Shown here one piece after another: positions 34,426-45,587 of a stretch of DNA of 45,587 nt. The first letter of the stretch is position 1; each line of letters opens with the position of its first letter. The notes under the pieces were generated by a model. That model was not told the origin of the DNA. It saw nothing but the letters and a program-made list of their open reading frames with translations, and did not search any database. Source of the DNA: Conidiobolus incongruus B7586 (lineage: Eukaryota); the NCBI GenBank assembly GCA_000697335.1, contig JNEM01009543.1, forward strand, positions 1-45,587, in the 5' to 3' direction. Position numbers and translations under genes: made by a program.

Positions 34426-35230
34426 ATGTCATCAGTATCAAAGAAGAAATTTGCGGTGGTATGCTCGAGTAATCAAAATAGAAGTATGGAAGCTCATAAT
34501 GAGTTACAGTAAATATCACTTAATTTATTCAATAATCACTTTTGATTTACAAATTATTTAGAAAGAGAGGTTTCTATGTCGACAGTTACGGAACTGGAAA
34601 TTCGGTACGTTTACCGGGACCCGATCCCTACACTCCCAATATTTATCCATTTGGAACTCCCTATGAAGTCATGTATCAAGATTTGATGAATAAAAATCCC
34701 CAACTGTATTATATAATCAATATATATTAAAATATTATATTAATGTTATTGGGTAGATACACTGCGAATAAACTCTTGCCAATGTTGGAGAGGAATAAGC
34801 AAGTGAAGAGGGCACCTGAAAGATTTCAGGATAATTTTAACAGCTATTATGATGTGATTTTTACTTGTGAAGAGAGGTGTTTTGATATCGTTTGTGAGGG
34901 TAATTCATACAATTTGTAATTTAGCTCGAGTATTTGATTTTTGTGATTCATAGATTTGGTTAATCGAGGAGCTAGACGCAATCGTCCTGTTCATATTATT
35001 AATGTCGATATTAAAGATACTCACGAACATGCTGTCAAAGGTGGTCAATCTATAGTTGAAATGTGTATGCAGGTACTATCACTAAACATATATTATTTAA
35101 ACCTTCACTAATACCAAATTTTTTATAGATATCCAAATTAAAAGATTTCCACCAAGAATTACCAGGCATGGTAGAATTCTTTGAAGATAAGGGACCTCAT
35201 CCCCTATTGTATACTCTGAGTTATTATTAA
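34426..35230 (+). CDS. SSU72: RNA polymerase II CTD phosphatase Ssu72, 5 coding exons
   Basis: VVCSSNQNRSMEAH, SYGTGNSVRLPGP, PERFQ, FTCEERCFD and NVDIKD. Confidence 0.97.
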
Positions 35231-35679
35231 TTGTATTTTACATTTGCTGGATAATGGATATTATTTAATTAATATAGGTTATAATTGAAATAAATTGAAA
35301 ATTCTGTATATTAATAATTGATATTAAATATAAAACTATTTTTTGGAACGCTTATTTCTGATGTTTTATAAAATAATATTGACAGTAAAATGTTTAATTT
35401 TTCATTTGAATTAATATTAATAAGAGTTGATAATTTTCATTTGAAACTAGATAATGGCAATACTATCTTTGGTTGAGTGTTGTTATTTGTTAAAAACTAT
35501 ACCATTTTATATTATACTAAACGATATATTGATAGCATAATCAACTGACTTCTGATAAAAAATCTCATTAATATATATATTTGGCAAAATTTTTATATTT
35601 ATAATAACAATATTTTACATAGAAAATAAAACAAATATTTTTGATAATTAGGAATAAGATCTCTAATATACAATATATA

Positions 35680-36205
35680 CTAATGAGAGTGGTGACAATT
35701 ATTGTGACAAGCTAAATAAAAAATTAGTAACAAGACATTAAAAAATAAATAATAATTTTACATTTTGGTTTATATCTTGGAGCTCTCTCATAAGCATTAG
35801 GACTACCAATATTTCTACCTCGATACGTCTGTTCGTTAGAACTATCGTCACTGTCGGTTTCGTCGCTATCCGACTCGCCAACGGGTCGGGGTTTGTGATA
35901 AATACAGCAAACTAAATCCAATTAATATAAATAATCTAAAAAAGTAAAAATGTTTTAAAATTACTCTTTGACTTCTTTTTCCCCATCCCTTCATTATCAA
36001 TGACATTTTCGTCCCAACGAATTCTCCTGCTCTCGCTAGTATCGAGAGCTCCCGTCAAATGAATTCTACCAACTGGGGAAGCTGGATTATCAGAGTTGTC
36101 AGGATTACTAGAACCTTCAAATTCCGAAAAATTCTCAGTTATTGTTAAAGTTCTCGATCCGTGCCTGGCTGACTCTTGATAATTACTATTTCTTAATTGG
36201 CTCAT
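35680..36205 (-). CDS. YPI1: Protein phosphatase 1 inhibitor-3 (Ypi1/PPP1R11), 3 exons
   Basis: RIRWDENVIDNEGMGKKKSK|xCCIYHKPR..ES and PNAYERAP. Confidence 0.93.
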
Positions 36206-37211
36206 TATTTTTTTTGTTATAGAGTATTATATTATTATTAAGTTATAATTTTTATCAATAAATTCAAATTTAATAAAGAGAGAAGAAATGGATTGATATT
36301 GTATTTAAATATGGTAATGATTTCATAATTTTCTTCAATTTCCTAATTTAGTAATGTTGTGCATTTTTTAATGAATTGACCTTTGAATGTTAATTTTTAG
36401 CTTTTAAAATTAGATTGTATTTATATTAATATTAAACAAAAAATGCGTGGCTAATAATATATATAGATGAATTATCAACAATTATAATTTGCTACAAAAT
36501 TTTAATAACATTTTTAATCTTCTAAAAATTCAGTATATAGATGTTACCAATCATTTTTCTTGTTTGATTCAGTTATAAGGTTATTTTGATTTTTATGATA
36601 TTAATATTTAAACTTGATTTTACTAAATTGTATATTAATAAATTTCTTATTTATTCCTTGTGATTAAATATCCAAGTTTATAGACAATTAAATAATATAA
36701 TCTATATCATGTATATCCTCTCCAGTCTTATTCTAAATGAACTAGTTAATAATCGAAGATTTAAAACTAAAAATTTCAGTATTGTTCGGCCATATATTGA
36801 TATTTTGAATTTATTTACATAAGTCCAAGTGGACTTATATTTGCCAAACAGGTTTATTTTATTATTAATATTACTTAAGGATAATAAAGCTATAGCAAAT
36901 ATTTTTTTAATTATAAATTGAAAAACTAAAATTTGATCGTAATTCGAAAAGTTATGATATAAATAGTATTTTTTATTAGCTTAAAGTTTTGATTGATTGA
37001 TTCAATTTTTTATAATTAGTAAATGCTTATATAAAATGGTTAATATTATTAATAATATACTAATAAATAAACAAATAAAATTAATACTGATATCATTTAA
37101 ATATATTTTGTATTGAATATTAAATTGAAAATATGGAGTGTATAATTAGCTTAAACAAACCAAATTAATCAATCAAACTTCAGTATGATAAAATAACGTT
37201 GAATGCATTAA

Positions 37212-37997
37212 TTAATGATTTTCAGGTTTAACGATTTTTGTTTCTGTATCCAAATAATTAAAGGTTCTCTTAATACCACAATAAGTTCCCGGATCATAAT
37301 ATTCAACACGACTACATTGTTTTTGAATACTCAATGCGAACCCCTGATCTTCATTCAAATCCTCCCGAATAGTTGCTGTACACAACGCAATTTTAGCAGC
37401 TTGGTTAGCGTAGTAATACATACCCAAAGGAAAATGAAACTGGCCATGTGCCATTCCACTCAGAGGATCTCCCTGTTTTCTGCCACAAACACAACAATCA
37501 AACTTCGAATCACAATATTCTTTACATCTCTCATAGCATTCTTGAGACAAAAATGTATTATCGTCAATTTTCAAAAAGGAGGGACTAGTTTCAGCGCAAT
37601 AAACCTTCCTGAATCTCCCAATCAAGATGGGGTACTTATCCTCCTGTTGGTTGTTAAAACACTTGTGATTTTCGCAGAATTTGACTACGTTGTCGGATGG
37701 ATTATCACTATGGATAAAACATGAATTCTTTCTTAGGGTTGTGATGATATAGGCGAAATTCGTGTTGCGATTGATCGGTATCATCACGTCGCAGTCCGAG
37801 TTTTTTACGTCGTAGCTCTTGGGACTGTGGTAGGAAACCATGAATACGAACCGCTCGAAATATAGAGCTAGAAGGAATATAGCGATGTATAATAATTTAT
37901 TCTTGATTCTTATGAGTACAAATGAGAGAGCTAAGCCATAGAATGCAATGACTTTAAGCGTTAAAGGAATATTCAGATTGGAATAATCTAGATGCAT
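37212..37997 (-). CDS. Membrane-anchored Cys-rich protein, probable GT31 (galactosyltransferase/Fringe-like) glycosyltransferase, intronless
   Basis: 261-aa ORF with two N-terminal hydrophobic segments, FLKIDDNTF (KxDDD), GMYY and NEDQGF (EDxxxG-like). Confidence 0.55.
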   Translation of the reverse strand: MHLDYSNLNIPLTLKVIAFYGLALSFVLIRIKNKLLYIAIFLLALYFERFVFMVSYHSPKSYDVKNSDCDVMIPINRNTNFAYIITTLRKNSCFIHSDNPSDNVVKFCENHKCFNNQQEDKYPILIGRFRKVYCAETSPSFLKIDDNTFLSQECYERCKEYCDSKFDCCVCGRKQGDPLSGMAHGQFHFPLGMYYYANQAAKIALCTATIREDLNEDQGFALSIQKQCSRVEYYDPGTYCGIKRTFNYLDTETKIVKPENH

Positions 37998-38831
37998 TAT
38001 GTTACCACAGAAAAGGATAAAAATGATAAAAATGATGATTAAATTTGCTATTTATACTCTTTCGATCATTGTTTCAACTCCTGATAAATGTTTTAATTTT
38101 TTAATGCAATGCTCTCCTGAATGTATTAAGAGAATTGACAAATCATTTGTATATTCAGGATATTATTCAAATTAGTACCGAAAGGTTAATATTATACTCA
38201 TCATATATAACAACGCTTATATCCACATTTATATTTTAATATTTCATAAAAATTAATTAGTACTTTGGTTTATAAAATCCTTTAATATAAAAACAAAGAA
38301 TTTTTGATTAAAAAATGTCAAATAATTTTCAAAATTCCATTTTTGTAATTTCCATTTAATAGTTTAATAAGACTGCTAAATCTATTTTAGTATAAAAAAT
38401 ATGTATTATATTCAATATATTATTGATAATAAAAAAATTTTAGTGAGTAACAAAAATCTAATATAGATAGCATCATATATTATTACCGATATTAATGGTA
38501 TCTCATTTTATAATTAATATCATTAGTGTTAAATAATTTTTAATATAATTATTCATTAATTTATCATAGTACTGTTTCTAAATAGATTCAAATCGAAATA
38601 TTCCCTCGAAAATCTTCTATTAAAGTTATTTTAGATAAATGTGTCATATATACTCTTATAATGTTTTAATTATTGTGAAAATTAACCACTCTTAAGGCTG
38701 GTTCAATTAATTTTGCAGCTAAATTTAACCAGCACTCATCATTTGATTTAAGGGTATATAAAATGATTAATATTAAAGAAAATATTTCTTGATTTTTGTT
38801 AAATCAAGATCAAATTCATATTGATAAAAGT

Positions 38832-39191
38832 TGTAGTTAGCAGTTCCGGGAACAGTACATTAAGGTCGTGTTGAAACATTCCAGCCATAATGATCTGAAG
38901 TAAGTTACTGACGACCAGGAATGGGTACTCGACAACATGAGTAACGACTAGTTGCGCGAGTGTTGGTTCGAACGGTTATTAATGAACTGGTATTGATGCT
39001 ATATTATGCATCATTCTTGGGGTGATTCGGGGTATAGATGATTTATTAGAAATTAATGGTAGATAACAGAGAGTAGAAAGAGTTATATTAGATAGTAGTC
39101 GAAAAAGAAGAGGAGAAGGCCTTGAGAGGGCGTATGAAGAGAGTGCTTTATGTGTTGTAGGAGTGTTAGGATAATAGTGCAACTCTGCACA
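38832..39191 (-). mobile_element. Possible solo LTR (~360 bp)
   Basis: GC-richer island bounded by TGT..ACA. The minus strand has a pyrimidine-rich tract followed by AATAAA. No TSD is evident. Confidence 0.35.
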
Positions 39192-40604
39192 TTCTAAAGA
39201 AACTTTTATGTGTGAATTCAAAGACGCACATTGACATTTTAGGATTATCATAATATATACTTTTGGTATTGAAAATTGTGTATTTTGAATCGGTTAGTTT
39301 GCCATTTAGTTTACTTTGTTCCTTAACAATTATACATTTTATGATAAAAAATTAGCACAATATTAGTGAAATATATGCAAGGCTATTGACAAAATAATAA
39401 TTGTATTTTCAATTTTGACTAAAAACGCATACCATAGCATAATCGAATACCAGAGCCATTTAACAATTCATAATATAATACTCTTTATTTAAATCATATT
39501 TAAAACGATTATAACAGTAAAATTCCGTTTCTATGTTTTTTATTTTTCCCTATTTGGCATCTTAATTTGGATAATTCTATAATGAAAAAATTGAAATTTT
39601 TTGCTTTATTTTTTTAAAAAATCATCAATAGTTGATTGCCATTATATATTAAATATTGAATATAAAAATATTTAATATGAAAAATTTGTTTTTATTAATT
39701 CAAGTACACAAATTCATTAATACTTTTAATTTTTGATATTGTTATATATACAATATATAATATATTTATAGCATTCATTGAGTTTTGAATGTTGCAAAAA
39801 TTATTTTAAATATTTGTTAAATAAACAAATTTATAGGCAAAGTTGCAAATTTACAAATTTTCAACTTATTGGGTTATATTTCAAATATAACATATATTTT
39901 TAGATTCCATATTATGATTAATAAACCATGGCAATTATTAATTGTAAAACTAGATTGGTTAAATATAATGATTATTCCATTTAAAAAAATATTCATTTTG
40001 GTAATATTATTGCCATAATCCCAGATGTTGGTACCTTGTTCAAATTGTGACTTCTAAATTTCGTTATATATTTAAATAGATTTTATTAGAAGGATTTGTC
40101 TAATTTGAATAATTTAAATTCAAAAGAAAAAATTGTAGTTTTATAATTTTATATTTTATCATTTGCATTAATAATATGAAAATATATTCTATACAATATC
40201 ACTTTTTTTACCATTAATTCAATTTATAGAATAATTAATATTTCGAAAGGGAGCGTAATATTAAATGGAAATTGGTATTTTCTTTTTTGTAAAAAATAAA
40301 ATACAAATAATGTTATATAAAACAAATTATACCTAAATTGTTATAGATCAATATAAATAGATATATACTCACTGTAAATACATTGTACGAATTATTTTGA
40401 TACTAATCATATTATAAACTATTTAAAATTATTAAATCTTATTTCTAAATTATATTATATAAATTTGATTACGATTCAACTTTAACAATCTATGTTATAA
40501 GTCTCAATTATTACATCAATAATAATTATATGAATAGAACAAATTATTTATTTTAAAATTCAAAAGATATAGGAAATAGTATATACAATGATTTAATTTA
40601 AAGT

Positions 40605-40862
40605 CTAATGTTTACCATAGTATTTAGGACGATACTTAGATGGTTTTTGATTTTTAGGTGCGTATGGCGACCGATCGTGAGTATACATGTAACTTCGGTT
40701 GGACTGAAATGGTGTTCTTCTAATTAGTAGCTGATTGGTATCATCTGTCATGATGGGCTTGAGGTTGGAGGGTAAGAAGGTGCCGCCATCTTCACTCATC
40801 GCCCCATTTTCAAATGGAATGGAATAATATAAACTGATTAACCAACAATTAACAAGTCTCAT
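40605..40862 (-). CDS. Small, possibly secreted hypothetical protein (85 aa)
   Basis: ATG-initiated ORF coinciding with a GC-richer island. Short hydrophobic N-terminus and basic Tyr/Pro-rich tail. Confidence 0.45.
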   Translation of the reverse strand: MRLVNCWLISLYYSIPFENGAMSEDGGTFLPSNLKPIMTDDTNQLLIRRTPFQSNRSYMYTHDRSPYAPKNQKPSKYRPKYYGKH

Positions 40863-41175
40863 GATATTATTAGCAACAAGAATATATCATATTGAATGTA
40901 ATTATATAGTTATTTGAGTATTTATATGATCTATTGATATCGTCATTGAATTTAAATAAGTTTTAAAGGATTAAAAATGTCAATAGTCTGTTTCAAATGT
41001 GAATTTTGAAACTGAACTAACCAAATCAATTCAAATTGAATCAAGATATTTTGATATTGAATATAATTTTTAACTCATTCGGATTATTTGAAATCTTTTA
41101 GTAGTCAATAATATAGTAATATTCATATTTAATTAATAATCTATTTAATTGTATCAAATTGATTAATTTTATTTT

Positions 41176-43217
41176 TTATTTCCTTTTCTTTAGGATACAA
41201 ACATTATCTGTTTGGATTATTTGATAAGGCAACAAATGACGAATTAACTCGTCCTTATTTTTTAGATTAAGGTTTTTAAGGTTAGAAAGGTAACCCTTGA
41301 GAGGTTGAATTTGAACCTTATGGAATCCTTTGATACATTCGATTGTTTTAAACTCTTCCATATCATATTTACCAACTTCATTAGTCAATAATACATCGAA
41401 ATTTAAATATATTTTAGGATCTTTAATATTTTCCAATTTGCTATACCTATATTTAATTAATAGTATTAGTTTGATATCAATCAAGTGCATTCATTAATTA
41501 TATTACACCCAATCGTTTCTTAGTTCACCAAATCTACTAGCACCAGTCATAGCCGTATAGGTATCTAGATGAATTCTTACTATCAAATCACCTTAATATT
41601 AGAAATCAAATAATAATGTTATATTAAATCAATCAACTTACAATTGCTTTGATCATTAAATAATTGATGCACTCTTTGTAAAGCATAACCACCAGGATAA
41701 TTTAAATGAGAGATATAACCCAAGTTGACATTATAAAAAGTTGTGGATGCTAATATTAATAAAGTAAACCAATATTTAATAAACTTGATATTAATCCATT
41801 TAAACCTATCCAGTTGAAGTTAGTTAGCTAATACAATATAATGATTATTGAACATTGGATTACATTTTATCACTAGTAATGGATGCAGTTAGCGAAAACA
41901 ATGGGAAAGTATATTCGATAAATCGCCATTCTTTATGTCCCAAACATGACATAAATAAAATATAAAAAATTGAAGGAATTAAAATTAATAGATCACTTGG
42001 ATTGATAAATATCCCAACGATTGAAAGCAAATATGGCCAATGTAAAATTTTCGGTAAAAATCTATTGAAATAAGATAAAAAAGGCATCGTCTATAATATC
42101 AAATATCTTATTAGTTTGAATATCGTTTTGTGATTATTATTTCAATAACTTACTCCCCAAGCTTCACTTTTACCTAAAATGGCATTAAAGTAAAATACTT
42201 GACCTTCAGCCCACATGAATTTTGTTTTCCAAAAGAATGAATCAATAGGGATAACAATTACTAAATAATAATCAATTGGGTAAATATATTGAAATAATAA
42301 ATCAATATGAAGTATACCTAAAGAAATCAAAATTGTTGAAATTGCTAACTTGATCAAATTTAAAATGAATTGAATATTTCTAAATTTAATATCTTGAAGC
42401 AATTCGAATAGACAATGGAAACCTAATAGGAATAAGGTTTCTGATCTGAATACGGTACCACTAATTATCATCAAAATAAAGAATTGATTGAATTTTTTAT
42501 AATGTCGTGGCATTCCTTGATTATTTTCTTTGTTAGGATCCGATTTCAAATAACTTGATAAGTAGTATGAGAACGCCATAGTTGCTAATTAATGAGTCAA
42601 TATATATTTTGTTTATATCTTTATAATAAATTACTCAGAATTAAGCTAAAGGAATTGGGTATCGTTCTAGAGCACCAGAACCAAATATGAAATTGAGTTA
42701 AGTTGAATAACATAAACCAATATCCCACCTTCGTGCCATATCTCTTTAATATGGAATTGAATAGCATAGTACAGGATACACTGTTCAATAGTCCCAAAAA
42801 TAATCTAACTATAGAAATTTTTATAAATAACAATCTCAAAATTGATATAGGTATATATTTTAAATACCTAAATATTGATAAGTAAACATATCATGTTCAA
42901 TATTTAGCAAATTCAACAAAAATTGAATAGGTTTAATAAAGCTTGTTAAAATAATTGGTCCCAAAAAAGTTCGAGGTACGACACCAGGAAATTCTAAATG
43001 ATCATACTAACACATATATAAATATTTGTAAAAATACTTCTAATATATATTAACTAATTACTTTTTCAACATCAAGTCCAAATTTCAACAAATCATGACT
43101 CGCTTGTAAATTAAAACTTTCTTCAACTTTCGTAAATGGAGAAGAGATAATATAAAGTGTTATAATTGAAAAGTTAATCAAAAAATAAACTAGCGTTAAT
43201 CGAGAGTACTTTTTCAT
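41176..43217 (-). CDS. ALG12: Dol-P-Man alpha-1,6-mannosyltransferase (GT22), multi-exon
   Basis: [65 protein letters not shown] and MTGASRF. Confidence 0.95.
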
Positions 43218-43367
43218 GTTTACTTGTTTGTGTACCAATATATCGTTACGTTACACAGTGTTAATTTAAGAGATTATTGATTTATTCATAAATTTATGGG
43301 TTATTTTTTAATTCCAGTTGTGTGATTTATTCAAAATGTTTCATTCTATTACAAAGGGAGAGTTTGA

Positions 43368-44306
43368 CTAGTGAGTCTCGATATCTTTTCCATCAGCTAA
43401 TAAGTGCAACTGATGCTGAATAGCATCTAAATGAGGATCATCAGCATTTGGAAATAAGGTCTTGACGGATTGATGGAGGTTTAAAAAGTATTCAATATTA
43501 GGACCGCTAGGACCGACACTTCTCATAATATGCTCAGCCAACTCTCTATAAGGTGCAGGGCCCAAGTATGCTTCGTTATCTAATGTACCAATATAAACAC
43601 TCGCCTATTGTGGTAATTCAATCAGTTTATAAATAATATAAAAATTATTTGATAAAAATACATTTCTAACTACTGGTTCAGTTTTACCAGGCTGATAAAT
43701 ATCTACTGTATGACAAGTGTAACCATTTTTCTCCCTATAATCCAAATGATTTTTGACTTCTTCTTTCTTGGATTTAGGAATTCTATATGCCATACCCCAA
43801 GTAATTAACTCTTCTTGGTCATTAATGTTAAAGTGATCTTCGTAGGTTTCTTTAATATCTTTGTATTCATCAATGGGAATCAAAGTGACTACTCTTCCAG
43901 GAGCTTCAGGTGTACCTCTATGATCGTTACTGCCCTAATAAGAATTTGTTTAGTTTTTCGGATAAAATAAATTAAATATATTAAATACTAACTTGCCAAA
44001 ATCTTCTTACATAACCTTTGATATATCCAGGAACTCTACTCAAAACTATTAATAAAATACTTAAAATAAAAAGTGATAAATAAATATTAACCTTTCAACA
44101 GTAGGGAAGTCAACTTTCCAAATTAAACTACCATAACCAAAAACCCACATTGGGTCTTCATCAAATTCATCCTCTTGAATTATCTCTTCAATTTGAGTGC
44201 TGATGATTTTTTCCACTTGTTCATTATTTAATTTATTTAACTTTTGAGCATTATTAACTTCAACTTGATTCAATTCAAGAGAATTAAAGGTATCTTTGAT
44301 AGTCAT
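43368..44306 (-). CDS. GCG1: ChaC-family glutathione-specific gamma-glutamylcyclotransferase, multi-exon
   Basis: WVFGYGSLIWK, GYVRRFWQ|GSNDHRGTPEAPGRVVTL, LDYREKNGY and GPSGPNIEY. Confidence 0.95.
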
Positions 44307-44761
44307 GGTAAAGGTTGAATTTTTTAGTTTTTATATTTTTAAAATTAATTAAAATTTCAAAGATTAATGGGTGTATTTATATTAGTTCTAATTTCCTTAA
44401 ATCCATTTAATTTAATTTTTCACCACTATTGCGATTCATTAATAATTCATCAATTTAATCAAACTCTCAAATTTTACATTAATGAAATAATGATTTTACT
44501 AATTTTAATATGAAAGTAATTGGTTATTCAGAGAGATAATGTTTAATATAATAATATTGATAAAGCGATATTAATTATTTGATCATATATTAAAATAATT
44601 TAATCTATCATTCAATAAATCAATAGTAAAATGAAATTTAGAGTAAAGCAATATATATTTTGGATTCACAAAGAAGTTTTCATAGAAAATATGTATTCAA
44701 TATTAAAACAATTCACTATAACAATGTATTAATCAAAGTAAGTCTCGAGTTGATGTACATA

Positions 44762-45587
44762 TTAGCGACTACCGCCAAAGAATGAGTTTTGAGAGTTGAG
44801 AGATTCTTGAGCCTGGTAAAAGTTTCTTTGGATGGTTGATCTAGGGTGAGGGTTGCTGTTCAAGGAAGCTCCAGGGAATACATTAGCCGCAAGATTGGCA
44901 TTGGAAGCATTACCAGTGTGATTGTGGATAAAAGGCTGGGATTGAGCGTTATTTTTGATCAAATCTAGAATTTTGGCATCCAATTCGTTGCTGCTGGAAT
45001 TCAACTGTTCTAATGCTAAAAGGTGAGCATTTAAAATACCAAGAATTTGATTAACTGTTTCTGGCATCTGAGATGATTCTTGATCTGAGTAAGTCTTGGT
45101 TTCCTTCAAAATATCTTCGAGTTGCTTTTCGACAGTCTGTAAATCTTGAGCAAGAGAATTTGCGATATTCATTGTATTCTCTCTGTAAATATCAGCAGAG
45201 CTGTGAGAAGTACCTTCTTGTTGCTGTTTCAAATTGTGGGCTTGAATCTTTTCATCGATCTTGGCTTCGTACTCATCTAAAATTTTGTTGAGTTCTTCTT
45301 GTTGAGCTAAAACGTATTCAATGTTGGAGTCAATATTATTTTGCAAAGTGCTACATTCCTTCGAGGCTGAAATTAATTGATTAATAGTTTTGGTATTCTC
45401 TCTAACAACTTGATCCCATTTGGATACCTCTTTAGCTTGAGTTAAAAATTCATCAGTAAGGTTTTTGACTTCATTGGTCCATTCAGATAAAATATCTTGC
45501 ATATCTTTTTTATGTAAAAGACTAGGGATAGTGGACTGAACTGAGCTAGAAATAGTTGGTACAGATGGTGTAGTAGATAAGGGGGTA
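44762..45587 (-). CDS. NSP1: Nucleoporin Nsp1/Nup62 C-terminal coiled-coil; 5' part outside the window
   Basis: LHKKDMQDILSEWTNEV..FLTQAKEVSKWD, IEYVLAQQEELNKILDEYE, ADIYRE and QILGILNAHLLAL, preceded by a Ser/Thr/Pro-rich linker. Confidence 0.88.
   Translation of the reverse strand, partial: TPLSTTPSVPTISSSVQSTIPSLLHKKDMQDILSEWTNEVKNLTDEFLTQAKEVSKWDQVVRENTKTINQLISASKECSTLQNNIDSNIEYVLAQQEELNKILDEYEAKIDEKIQAHNLKQQQEGTSHSSADIYRENTMNIANSLAQDLQTVEKQLEDILKETKTYSDQESSQMPETVNQILGILNAHLLALEQLNSSSNELDAKILDLIKNNAQSQPFIHNHTGNASNANLAANVFPGASLNSNPHPRSTIQRNFYQAQESLNSQNSFFGGSR

Noticed and set aside
38979..39251. 90-aa minus-strand ORF
   Set aside because: Low-complexity S/L/P translation of a pyrimidine-rich tract, better explained as non-coding or LTR-like.
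7167..45291. Shadow ORFs such as 7167-7385, 9837-10142, 13537-13719, 16289-16492, 18245-18442, 18972-19262, 19873-20256, 28657-28848, 33764-34057, 37215-37724, 42703-42885 and 45073-45291
   Set aside because: They are antisense or alternative-frame overlaps of recognisable genes, with no motifs of their own.
1..45587. CRISPR array, tRNA or rRNA genes
   Set aside because: No regularly spaced repeats, canonical tRNA cloverleaf with T-loop, or rRNA motifs were recognised by eye.

Overview
AT-rich eukaryotic DNA with many short (~50-70 nt) GT-AG introns. The gene content is fungal, most likely an early-diverging lineage (Zoopagomycota/Entomophthorales-like); this is an inference, not proven. Bases 1-14 kb are an accessory block: the end of one mariner copy, two decayed HSL-family alpha/beta-hydrolase genes, a full-length decayed DD34D mariner, and a tandem array of intronless amidases (intact-pseudogene-intact). 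Bases 14.5-45.6 kb are mostly housekeeping genes: POP3-like, NSE4, F-box/WD40, BNA6, TBC, TRAPPC11, SSU72, YPI1, GT31-like, ALG12, ChaC and NSP1. The most notable signal is missed entirely by the ORF track. At ~21.97-24.10 kb there is a decayed but essentially complete IS607-type element, with a MerR-HTH serine recombinase (TnpA), a Fanzor2/TnpB RNA-guided nuclease and a candidate omegaRNA right end. It is interrupted by a probable solo LTR and appears to sit inside a Mutator relic. All dead elements show strongly G>A/C>T-biased decay of their conserved motifs. All protein assignments come from manual translation and motif recognition; no searches were run.
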